Shown piece by piece: positions 52,502 to 61,185 of a stretch of 64,000 nucleotides of DNA. The DNA comes from an uncultured delta proteobacterium (GTDB lineage: Bacteria > Desulfobacterota > Syntrophobacteria > BM002). Location of the stretch: positions 1 through 64,000 of the forward strand of contig CAVQGX010000022.1 of NCBI GenBank assembly GCA_963712115.1, in the 5' to 3' direction. Position numbers and translations under genes: made by a program. The notes under the pieces are model-generated. The model did no database searches, had not been told where the DNA came from, and worked only from the letters and a program-made list of their open reading frames with translations. Within the stretch, counting starts at the first letter, position 1, and every line of letters starts with the position of its first letter.

Positions 52502-52975
52502 ATGGCAGCACAGGGTAATCAGCAAAAAATACTGATCCTGGCCACAGAAACCTGTGCCTATCCGGGTGCAAACGCGGTGGGGCAGGCTCACATGACCTAC
52601 CCCAGCAATACTTACATTCTCAGGGTACGCTCACCAGTGCTCTTTCCCGAGAAGTTTTACCTCGACTGTTTCGCTAAAGGTATAGGCGGCATCATCATCA
52701 TGTCCTGCGGAGAGGAGTGCCCATACGAAGGCGCTTATCACGCCTTAGCGGCGAGGATAGACAGGGTCTACAAGATGATGAAAGAGAAAGGGTTCGATAT
52801 AAGGAGGCTTCGCCTCACCGCCATCTGCACCGTGTGCACCCGAGCCTTCATAAATGAAGTTAAGATGATGAACGAAATTGTATCCGAATTGGGACCACCG
52901 GGTCCGCACGACGACTCGGAGACGCGGAGAATCGGGGAATCGGCGAGAAATGCAGCAATTGACGAGGGAGTATAG
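52502..52975 (+). CDS. mvhD: MvhD/FlpD-like iron-sulfur subunit (variant)
   Basis: CAYPGANAVG..YP..ILRV, GIGGIIIMSCGEECPY, RRLRLT. Confidence 0.75.
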   Translation: MAAQGNQQKILILATETCAYPGANAVGQAHMTYPSNTYILRVRSPVLFPEKFYLDCFAKGIGGIIIMSCGEECPYEGAYHALAARIDRVYKMMKEKGFDIRRLRLTAICTVCTRAFINEVKMMNEIVSELGPPGPHDDSETRRIGESARNAAIDEGV

Positions 52976-53002
52976 GTGCAGTTGGTGAATGAGGAAGTGA
53001 AA

Positions 53003-54307
53003 ATGTCGAAAATATTAAAATTCGATGCTTTGGTTGTTGGCGGAGGTATAGCCGGGCTGCAGGCTGCCTTGGACCTGGCTGATCAGGACTTCAAAGTGGC
53101 CATAGTGGAAAAGGATGCTTCCATTGGTGGTAAAATGATCCGACTCTCCAAAGTATTTCCTACCCTCGATTGCTCAAGCTGCATTACCACACCCAAGATG
53201 GCCGCTGCCGCTCACCATGAAAACATCACCATCTTCACCTACTGCGATCTACAATCTCTCCAGAGAAATGGGGATGGCATGGCCGCAAGGGTGAGGCAGA
53301 AACCCCGGTTTGTGGATGAGGCAAAATGCATAGGTTGCAGACAGTGTGAATATGACTGCCCTATCTACGTGCCCGATGCGGACCAGGGAGGGTTCTCTGC
53401 CCGCAAAGCCATCTATATCCCCTTTTCCAATGCCATTCCACAGATTGCCTTACTGGATGTGGAAAACTGCACCCTCTGTGGCAAATGTGAAAAGGTGTGC
53501 CCCACAAAAGCGGTGGATTATTTTCAGGGACCAAAGGAGTTCAGCATCGAGGCTAAGACCGCTATCCTGGCCACAGGTTTCGAGATAACTCCAGCTGAGA
53601 ACAAGCACCAGTATGGTGAGGGTAAGATCCCCAACGTGATAACCGCCCTGCAGATGGAAAGGCTGTTAGCACCACATGGCCCATACAACCGGGTTCTCAG
53701 GCCTTCCGACGGCATGGAACCGGACTCTATTGCCTATATTCAGTGTGCCGGATCACGGGACAAGAGCATGGGAATTCCTTATTGTTCGCGGGTCTGTTGC
53801 ATGTACGCTATCAAACAGGCCATGCTCCTATCAGGTGCCCTGCCGGTGGCAGACATAACCATTTATTACATGGACATACGCGCCTTCGGCAAAGGCTATG
53901 AGGAATTTTTTCAAAACGCTGTGGCAATGGGAATAGAGTTCGTTAAGGGGAAGGTGGCCACCATAAGCGGAGGGGACAATGGGGGAGTGAAAGTCCACTA
54001 CGAGTCCCAAGGAAAGGGGACCGGTGTTACTCGAGCAGAGCATGACCTGGTGGTATTGTCGTTGGGTATGGTTGCCGGCTGGAACCCCGAGGGTTTATGT
54101 GCTGTATCTACTGCAGGCGATGGTTTCATCAAAACAATCAAGCCAAAATCTTCCCCTAGCAAGACCGACATGGAAGGAGTCTTTGTGGCTGGAGCTGCAG
54201 CTGGTCCTAAAGACATTGTGGATACCATCGCAGAGGCTGGGGCCGCGGCCATGGAGGCTGCCAAGTACCTGACGGCTATGAACTCTTCACCAAAGGCAGT
54301 GGCGTGA
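53003..54307 (+). CDS. hdrA: HdrA-family flavoprotein (short form)
   Basis: GGGIAG, FPTLDCSSC, two CxxCxxCxxxCP motifs, QCAGSRD, YCSRVCC, GPKDI. Confidence 0.9.
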   Translation: MSKILKFDALVVGGGIAGLQAALDLADQDFKVAIVEKDASIGGKMIRLSKVFPTLDCSSCITTPKMAAAAHHENITIFTYCDLQSLQRNGDGMAARVRQKPRFVDEAKCIGCRQCEYDCPIYVPDADQGGFSARKAIYIPFSNAIPQIALLDVENCTLCGKCEKVCPTKAVDYFQGPKEFSIEAKTAILATGFEITPAENKHQYGEGKIPNVITALQMERLLAPHGPYNRVLRPSDGMEPDSIAYIQCAGSRDKSMGIPYCSRVCCMYAIKQAMLLSGALPVADITIYYMDIRAFGKGYEEFFQNAVAMGIEFVKGKVATISGGDNGGVKVHYESQGKGTGVTRAEHDLVVLSLGMVAGWNPEGLCAVSTAGDGFIKTIKPKSSPSKTDMEGVFVAGAAAGPKDIVDTIAEAGAAAMEAAKYLTAMNSSPKAVA

Positions 54308-54350
54308 GGTTTAGTTGATTGGCCTGGATTCTTTACTGGGAAATGCACAG

Positions 54351-56279
54351 ATGGCAAAGAGAACAAAAGAGAGAGAGATGGAAGCGGAACCTAAAATAGG
54401 GGTTTACGTTTGCCAATGCGGGGGCAACATCTCAGACCATGTTAATGTAGAAAAAGTATGCGAGGGAGCGAGCAAGATCCCTGGAGTCGTGGTGGCTCGG
54501 GAGAACATGTTCATGTGCTCCGACCCAGGCCAAGATCTCATAATCGAAGATCTCAAAAGCGGGGCTGTTGACCGGGTGGTAGTGGCATCTTGTGCACCAG
54601 ACCTACACGAGCTGACCTTTCGCAAAGCCGTTTCGCGGGCGGGCAAAAATCCCTATATATACGAACATGCCAATATTCGCGAACAGGTGAGCTGGGTACA
54701 TCATGGCGATGCAGCAACTGAGAAGGCAACCCGGCTGGTGGCGGCAGCCACTGCCAAGGCTAAGCAGCTCCAGCCCCTTGAACCAATTCGGGTAGAGGCC
54801 AAACAACATGCAGTGGTTATTGGGGGTGGCATAGCAGGTATGAAGGGTGCTACGGATCTGGCGGGGCGAGGTATTGCAGTAACATTGCTGGAGAAATCGC
54901 CGTTTCTCGGGGGAAGGGCGGCTCAGCTGGATGGTTTAGCTCCAACCGGGGAAAAAGCCTCTGATCTCATTTCGGAGCTTACCGGCGAGGTTTTGAATGA
55001 TCCGGCGATTGCGGTTTACACCAATGCGGAATTGACGAATTCTGAAGGTTACGTGGGCAAGTTCAAGCTAAGGTTCCAAAGGCGGCCTCCAAATTCACAA
55101 GAAGATCTCGACAAAATTAAGGAAATGGTTGAATCCGGTAAAGAATTTGGAGAGTTCATTCCGCTCGTGGGAATCTGCCCGGAAAAGATAGCAGAAAAGA
55201 GTGAAGAATATACCGTCGAAGCCGGTGTAATTTTACTGGCAACGGGTTTCAGGCCTTATAGTCCCCGTAAAGGTGAATACGGTTTCGGGGAATTTGAGGA
55301 GGTGGTAACACTCCCAGAATTTATAAAACTCATGGCGAAAAACCGGAGAAACGGCGACTTGCTAGAGATCAAGGGCAAGAAAATCAAGAGTGTTGCCATT
55401 ATTCATTGTGTTGGCAGTAGGCAGATTCCAGGCATTCATGAGGAGGATGACACAGGCTACCTTAACGAATACTGTTCTCGGACCTGCTGTACAGCCACAC
55501 TCCATGCTGCCAACACTGTCCGCGAAAATTATCCGGAAACAAGAGTTTTTGACTTTTACCGCGACATAAGGACTTATGGCCGAGGACAAGAGGAGTTGTA
55601 CGAGCGGGCTTCTAAGAACAGAATTCTATTCCTCCGTTATGAACCGGCAGAAGCTCCAATTGTGGAGAGAAACAATGGATCCAATGGTTATCCCCTCTCG
55701 GTCAAAGTAAATGACACCCTGACCTTTGGCGAGGAAGTGGAGGTACCTGTTGATCTGGTGGTTCTAGCTGTGGGCATGGAACCGAACAATGTTTCTAATC
55801 TGGTGGAAATGATGAAGCTTCCAGTGGGAGCCGATCGCTTTCTCCAGGAAGTCCACCCGAAACTACGACCGGTTGAATTGTCAGTGGCGGGCATTTTACT
55901 GGCAGGGACATGCCAATCACCTATGGATACAGGCGAAGCTTGCAATGGTGCTTCTAGCGCGGCAGTTAAGGCTTCGTCCCTGCTAAGCCGCGGCTATGTG
56001 GAACTGGATCCCTTTGTGGCCGAGGTGGATGTGGAAAAGTGCACGGGCACCGGAGCCTGTGTGAAGGCATGTTTGAGAGAAGAGGCCCTTAGTCTGGTGG
56101 AGATGGAGGTCGAGGGCAAAAAAGTCCGACGGGCAGAGGTAAATCCAGCTCGGTGCAATGGCTGTGGCGCCTGCGTGGCAGTGTGCCCTGAAAACGCCAT
56201 CAATGTCAAAGGGTGGACGCTCAAGCAGTATGAGGCCATGGTGGATATGATCGTTACAGATGACATCTCAGCTGGATAA
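54351..56279 (+). CDS. hdrA: HdrA-family flavoprotein (long form)
   Basis: VYVCQCGGNI, FMCSDPG, ASCAP, ANIREQ, GGGIAG, HCVGSR, YCSRTCC, C-terminal ferredoxin. Confidence 0.9.
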   Translation: MAKRTKEREMEAEPKIGVYVCQCGGNISDHVNVEKVCEGASKIPGVVVARENMFMCSDPGQDLIIEDLKSGAVDRVVVASCAPDLHELTFRKAVSRAGKNPYIYEHANIREQVSWVHHGDAATEKATRLVAAATAKAKQLQPLEPIRVEAKQHAVVIGGGIAGMKGATDLAGRGIAVTLLEKSPFLGGRAAQLDGLAPTGEKASDLISELTGEVLNDPAIAVYTNAELTNSEGYVGKFKLRFQRRPPNSQEDLDKIKEMVESGKEFGEFIPLVGICPEKIAEKSEEYTVEAGVILLATGFRPYSPRKGEYGFGEFEEVVTLPEFIKLMAKNRRNGDLLEIKGKKIKSVAIIHCVGSRQIPGIHEEDDTGYLNEYCSRTCCTATLHAANTVRENYPETRVFDFYRDIRTYGRGQEELYERASKNRILFLRYEPAEAPIVERNNGSNGYPLSVKVNDTLTFGEEVEVPVDLVVLAVGMEPNNVSNLVEMMKLPVGADRFLQEVHPKLRPVELSVAGILLAGTCQSPMDTGEACNGASSAAVKASSLLSRGYVELDPFVAEVDVEKCTGTGACVKACLREEALSLVEMEVEGKKVRRAEVNPARCNGCGACVAVCPENAINVKGWTLKQYEAMVDMIVTDDISAG

Positions 56280-56306
56280 TGTTTTGGGCAGTATCTCTAC
56301 AGCAGG

Positions 56307-56381
56307 CCCAAATCCACCGTCTAATTTAGTTATCAGTATTGAAATCAGCTGCTTATGCAGTATTCCTGATCACCATCAAGG
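56307..56381. repeat. remnant of MITE family F inside the hdr operon
   Basis: Reverse complement matches 4505-4578 and 11336-11394. Confidence 0.65.
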
Positions 56382-56414
56382 CAGGGTGTAGCGGATGCCA
56401 TATGAGGACAAAAA

Positions 56415-56732
56415 ATGACTGAAGCAAGAGAAGAGAATAGAGTCCAGAAAGAGGCAATGAAAAAGCTGCGCCAGGGCAGAAAAGTAAAGATCAAGACGGC
56501 CAAGGCTAGAATGAAGGAGCAGCGGAAAACAATCAAGGCCATCAAAGAGCAGCTCAAGGATAGCCCTCAGACGGTGCCGGAGATTGCCGCGGCCACAGGA
56601 TTTGAACCTTCCCATGTCCTTTGGTTCCTTGCAGCCCTGAAGAAATACGGCCAGATCGTTGAAGGTGAAAAGGACGGTAGCTACTTTAAATTTAGCTTAG
56701 CGAAAAAAACTTCAGATGAGGAGCCACGCTAG
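56415..56732 (+). CDS. small winged-helix protein
   Basis: PQTVPEIAAATG....VLWFLAALKKYGQI..GEKDGSYFKF. Confidence 0.75.
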   Translation: MTEAREENRVQKEAMKKLRQGRKVKIKTAKARMKEQRKTIKAIKEQLKDSPQTVPEIAAATGFEPSHVLWFLAALKKYGQIVEGEKDGSYFKFSLAKKTSDEEPR

Positions 56733-56775
56733 AGTAATAGGTAGTTAGATTCATTACTCTAAAGGAGAATCGATA

Positions 56776-57087
56776 ATGGCAACGGTGGATCTGGAATTTG
56801 CCGAGCAGTTGGAGCGCTTTGGAGTGGACAACGCCTTAGAATGCTTTAATTGTGGAACCTGTGCGGCGATCTGTCCTCTCATATATGAACACTTCCCGAG
56901 AAAAATCATCCGATACGTTCAGTTGGGTGCCAAGGATGTGATACTCCGAGACGCAGATGAGCTGTGGCGCTGCCTCCACTGTGGGCTTTGCACCTATACC
57001 TGTCCGAGAGAAGCTAATCCCGGTGAACTTATTCTGGGATTAAGGCGATATGTTATCGCCACCTGGAGGGGGACTGCTCATGTATAA
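56776..57087 (+). CDS. HdrC-like 2x[4Fe-4S] protein
   Basis: CFNCGTCAAICP, PRKII, LWRCLHCGLCTYTCP. Confidence 0.88.
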   Translation: MATVDLEFAEQLERFGVDNALECFNCGTCAAICPLIYEHFPRKIIRYVQLGAKDVILRDADELWRCLHCGLCTYTCPREANPGELILGLRRYVIATWRGTAHV

Positions 57088-58006
57088 ACCTAGGGATATT
57101 ATCGAACTCATCGCTGACAACGTCAAGAAAACGGGAAATCCCTTTGGCGCTTCTAGCAAGGTGATCAACGGATGGTGGAAAAACGTCCCCCTGCCCCGGG
57201 AAGGTGATAGGCTGCTCTTTACAGGTCTAATGTATCAATCCGTACCTTTTATAGAAAAGACAACCACTTACCTTGAGAGCTACGAAGATACAGCTCTTGG
57301 GAAATATGTGAAGTACGGTAGGTTCGTGCCTAAACTTCTGGTGGGATGGGGATTTACCTTGCTCGCTTCCAAGGAAGAGAAAAGGAAGTTCAATGGTATG
57401 CTGCGCAGCATCGTCGAGGTTCTCAAGAAATCGAAGGTCAATTTCTACTACAGACCCGAACTGGACCACTACAGCGGTATCTTACTCTACGACCTGGGAG
57501 ATCTCGATGGGTTCATAAACCACGCTAGGTCTGTGGTAAGTAAGCTCAAAGAAAAGGGGGTCAAAAAGCTCATAACAGTCGACCCCCACACAACATATGC
57601 TTTGAAAATTCTCTACCCAAAATACACGGGTGAAACGTTCGAAGTAAAGACCTACTTCGAGTTAGTCAATTTGACCGGCAACAACGGCAACAGGCAGGTT
57701 ACCCTTCACGATCCATGCATGTACGGAAGATACCTAGAGATGTCGGATGTTCCGAAGAAGGTCTTGGAAAATCTGGGCATCGAATGCTTGGCAGTTCGGA
57801 ACTCCGGCCCCTTCACCATTTGCTGCGGCGGTCCGGCCGAGTCCGTGTCTCCCAAGCTTTCTAGAGAACTGGTTGACAGAAGGATCGAAGAACTGCAGTC
57901 AACCGGTGCTCCCGTGGTGGCAATGTGCCCAATATGCATGGCAAATCTTACAAAGGGCGGTGTGGAGGTGGAGGATCTTTCCACCTTGATTAACCGCTGC
58001 GCCTAA
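57080..58006 (+). CDS. HdrB/HdrD-like CCG-domain Fe-S protein
   Basis: C-terminal HDPC...CCGG...MCPIC; N-terminal CCG repeat lacks Cys. Confidence 0.82.
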   Translation: MYKPRDIIELIADNVKKTGNPFGASSKVINGWWKNVPLPREGDRLLFTGLMYQSVPFIEKTTTYLESYEDTALGKYVKYGRFVPKLLVGWGFTLLASKEEKRKFNGMLRSIVEVLKKSKVNFYYRPELDHYSGILLYDLGDLDGFINHARSVVSKLKEKGVKKLITVDPHTTYALKILYPKYTGETFEVKTYFELVNLTGNNGNRQVTLHDPCMYGRYLEMSDVPKKVLENLGIECLAVRNSGPFTICCGGPAESVSPKLSRELVDRRIEELQSTGAPVVAMCPICMANLTKGGVEVEDLSTLINRCA

Positions 58007-58068
58007 ATGAACCATTAAGAGGCGTCAATGTTAATTCTGTAAAAAACTAAACAACCAAAGAAAGGAGA

Positions 58069-58443
58069 ATGAAGATGGCGGAAGCTGAAAAGATGGTCTA
58101 CATCGTGACCCACGCGGGAGAGGATCCGGAGAGAGCAACCTTTCCATTCATGCTGGCAACTGCGGCCCAGGCCATGGAAGTCGAGGCAGTGGTAGCTTTG
58201 CAGGGAGTATCAGTGTTTCTAGCCAAAAAAGGCTACCTGGATCACGTCGCAGCGGCTGGTTTACCCCCACTCAAGGACTTGGTAGCCAGATTTTTCGAGG
58301 CCGGCGGCAAGCTGCTCATCTGCACACCTTGCATCAGAGAGAGAAACATTGAAGAATCTGACTTGATAGAAGGTGCGGAGTTGATTGCTGCAGCGAGGCT
58401 CAACCAAGAGATTCTCAGTGCAAACGCAACATTAGTTTACTAA
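58069..58443 (+). CDS. DsrE/DsrF-family sulfur-relay protein
   Basis: THAGEDPERATFPFMLA, LQGVSV, LICTPCI. Confidence 0.85.
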   Translation: MKMAEAEKMVYIVTHAGEDPERATFPFMLATAAQAMEVEAVVALQGVSVFLAKKGYLDHVAAAGLPPLKDLVARFFEAGGKLLICTPCIRERNIEESDLIEGAELIAAARLNQEILSANATLVY

Positions 58444-58635
58444 AAAAGACCAGGAAGAATCCCACCTCTCAATCTACATTTCCCCCTCCCCTCTAATCCT
58501 CAAACGAGGGGCGGGGGATTTTCATTATTACAGGGCTTTAGGTGTCAGGTTTCAGGTGTCAGGAAGGAAAGACCAGCTCTGGGGGCATCTCAAAGCCGGG
58601 TCCTCCCGCCGGGCCGTAGGCAGGGCCCGGATTCT

Positions 58636-59253
58636 TTATTGGCCTCTACCAGGTGGAGGCAACGTTTGAAAAAAAGGATCTCCCTGTTGACCGGGAAGGC
58701 TTAGAGTCTCGAGCAGGGGCAAGAGACCGCCACTTTCTGTGAAACTGAGGTAATTGCGATAATGGTGGCCACCAGCCAGCCGTTCTATGAATCGGCAAAT
58801 AGTAGAAACAAAGTTCACTGGTGGAGGTACTCGGTAGTCTACCAAGATGAGGGTCCGCGCCAGCCGCTGCATCTCCCTCAGTACTGGCAGACGTTGCTTT
58901 GACTCCATCTCATGCAGAACCATGCAGGCAGTGGCGTAGTCAAAGTAACCACTGGGGAAAGCAGCCAATTTTTCCCCAGAGGCAAAGATGAACTGGACGT
59001 TCGTAAGCCCCAAGTCTCGAAGTCGCTGATGGGCGTATGCCCACATGCGATGGGAAGCTTCGACTCCCACCAATTCCGTACACGAATCGGTAAGGAAAAA
59101 AACAAGCTCACCGGTGCCGCAACCGATATCAATGAGGGAACTTCCCGGCTTTATTTGTCGGCGCACCAGCTTTCGCGCCTTGCGCAGAGCTGGATCCACA
59201 AATAAATGATAGAGCCAACCGTCGTAGAAGTTCTCTTGGCGTTTTTGAGACAT
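58636..59253 (-). CDS. class I SAM-dependent methyltransferase
   Basis: LIDIGCGTG, FDYA..CMVLHEM, LVDY; 3' end probably frameshifted. Confidence 0.85.
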   Translation of the reverse strand: MSQKRQENFYDGWLYHLFVDPALRKARKLVRRQIKPGSSLIDIGCGTGELVFFLTDSCTELVGVEASHRMWAYAHQRLRDLGLTNVQFIFASGEKLAAFPSGYFDYATACMVLHEMESKQRLPVLREMQRLARTLILVDYRVPPPVNFVSTICRFIERLAGGHHYRNYLSFTESGGLLPLLETLSLPGQQGDPFFQTLPPPGRGQ

Positions 59254-59772
59254 ATAGGTGTCTTAAGTCGCATAGCGGTTAGCGTTAAAGGCTCAGGGCG
59301 CAAAGCTACCTGGGTCATTAGGCTTCGCCGTCATTAGGTCATTACGCTACGCTGTCATTTATTGTAAGAGGTAGAGGACCAGAAAATTGCGAAATTCGAA
59401 ATTAAGAATCCGCAATGCGAAACCGGAAACCCACCCGAAGGGTGGGAGTCCGAAAAACAAATTCCCAAAGTGCCTAGTGCCTAGTTGGTTTCCCCATGCT
59501 CCATGCTCTATGCCTGTTTCAAATCCGCAATCCGAAATCCCAAATTGCTCCATGCTCTATGCCCGCTGGATTCTGACTCCTGGCTACTGGATTCTTAAGA
59601 TGATAAAGTCATCAGCCTGTGACCCATAAGGCTAGTACCATAAATAAATTTTAGAAGAAAGCAATCGGTTTTTTGTTCTATTTTAAGCTTGATGGTCTTA
59701 CCAGCGGTATGATAGGGAAACGTTGATAATGACCATTTCGTCAAAGTTGATCTGATTCTCACACCTGAAGAG

Positions 59773-61185
59773 TTGAGCGTGCCGGTTTTCGACAAAAAAG
59801 ACTTTGCTAAAATTCTTGAGCAAATAGAGCAGGGGAGTATTGCCCCCATCTATCTCCTCCACGGAGAGGATTACCTGGTGAAATCAGCCCTTGAAGAGCT
59901 CACAGAGCTGCTTGTTCCGGAATCACAGCGAAGCACAAATCTCCAGGTGGTTGACGGGGGGGAAGCTGACTTTCGACAAATCTTGGACAGCGTCAACACT
60001 TTCGCCCTCTTTGGGGGGCGCAAGGTGATTGTGGTGCGCAATAGCCGCATTTTTTACTCCCGCGCCAACCTCCCTGCTCTTGTTGCCAAGAGCAAAGAGG
60101 GTTATGAAGCTGGAGATCTGAAAACTGCAGCTCGTCTTCTGCTCGAGGTGCTAGGGCACGCTGAATGGTCCCTTGCCGATGTGGCCGCAGGAGCCTGGCG
60201 AGAAATACCTGCCGATCTATGGAAACAAACCATGGGGGTGGAGCAGGGACAGTCTGAGTTGGGGTGGCTGGAGCAAGTTGTAGAGTACGCCAGCAGCGCG
60301 GAAATGGAGATACCGGTCAAGACCGATGAGGGTTCTTTACTGGAAGAGGCTCTTCAGCAGGGGTTTCCTTCGGAGCAATGTTTACTCATTACCACTGACA
60401 CCATAGACCGACGGAGAAGCCTTTACCGGCTCATGGAAGAAAAGGGGATTGTAGCCGATTTCAGTGTGACTTCAGGTACGGGCCGAAAAGCTCGCTCCCA
60501 GCAAGAGGCAGTCTTGCGAAGCTTGGCTGAGGAAATTTTGTCTGCAGCTGGCAAGAAAATTGAGCCTGAGGCGCTATCCCTGCTCCTGGAGAGAACCGGA
60601 TTTAATCTCTGGGCCCTCAAGACTCAGCTGGAGAAGATTATTTCTTTTGTGGGAGAAGAGTCCTTGGTCACCCTAGAGCAAGCAGAAAGTATGAGCGACC
60701 AGTTTCGGGAGGAAGCCCTGTATGAGTTAAACAACGCAGTGACTGAGAGAAACTGTGAAGCTGCTTTGCAGGTTTTGAACCGCCTTTTGGATCAGAACTA
60801 CCACCCGCTCCAGGTTCTCGCCTCTCTGGCCACGGAGGTGCGGCGATTGCTTTTAGCGCGAGAATTTATCGAAGAGCATCTGGCAGGAAGTCTGGACCCA
60901 AGCATCTCCTACGGCAGTTTCCAAAAGACCGTGCTGCCCATTGTAAAAGAGAAGACCGAGAAAGGATCCCCCCTGGGCAGTATGCATCCCTTTGCTTTGC
61001 ATAAGACCCTGGTCCGCTCCCGTGCTTATCAGACCGCGGACCTGATCAATGCTCTGCAGCATCTTTTTCAAACCGATCTCACCCTAAAGAGCAGTGGCAT
61101 TACTGGGCGCGCTGTTATGGAGAGTCTGATTATGAGGCTCTGCCGATTGACTCCGCGCCCCATGCCCCAGTCTTCACGACAGTGA
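59773..61185 (+). CDS. holA: DNA polymerase III delta subunit
   Basis: PIYLLHGEDYL, FALFGGRKVIVV, LEKI..F, DLTLKSS. Confidence 0.85.
   Translation: MSVPVFDKKDFAKILEQIEQGSIAPIYLLHGEDYLVKSALEELTELLVPESQRSTNLQVVDGGEADFRQILDSVNTFALFGGRKVIVVRNSRIFYSRANLPALVAKSKEGYEAGDLKTAARLLLEVLGHAEWSLADVAAGAWREIPADLWKQTMGVEQGQSELGWLEQVVEYASSAEMEIPVKTDEGSLLEEALQQGFPSEQCLLITTDTIDRRRSLYRLMEEKGIVADFSVTSGTGRKARSQQEAVLRSLAEEILSAAGKKIEPEALSLLLERTGFNLWALKTQLEKIISFVGEESLVTLEQAESMSDQFREEALYELNNAVTERNCEAALQVLNRLLDQNYHPLQVLASLATEVRRLLLAREFIEEHLAGSLDPSISYGSFQKTVLPIVKEKTEKGSPLGSMHPFALHKTLVRSRAYQTADLINALQHLFQTDLTLKSSGITGRAVMESLIMRLCRLTPRPMPQSSRQ

Noticed and set aside
53003-58006. Calling the hdr cluster qmoABC or sHdr
   Set aside because: There is no membrane QmoC, no aprAB and no MvhD fusion, and no lbpA or hdrC1B1AHC2B2 order. 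The domain content fits neither.
1379-58700. Many split genes (about 1410, 30555, 37430, 42420-42930, 46925, 47402, 52130, 58680) as pseudogenes or programmed frameshifts
   Set aside because: They are single-base shifts scattered over unrelated, otherwise intact genes with no shared slippery motif. Uncorrected sequencing indels are the simplest explanation; this needs read-level confirmation.
2741-59595. Repeat clusters as CRISPR arrays
   Set aside because: No constant 23-47-nt repeat with unique spacers, and no cas genes.
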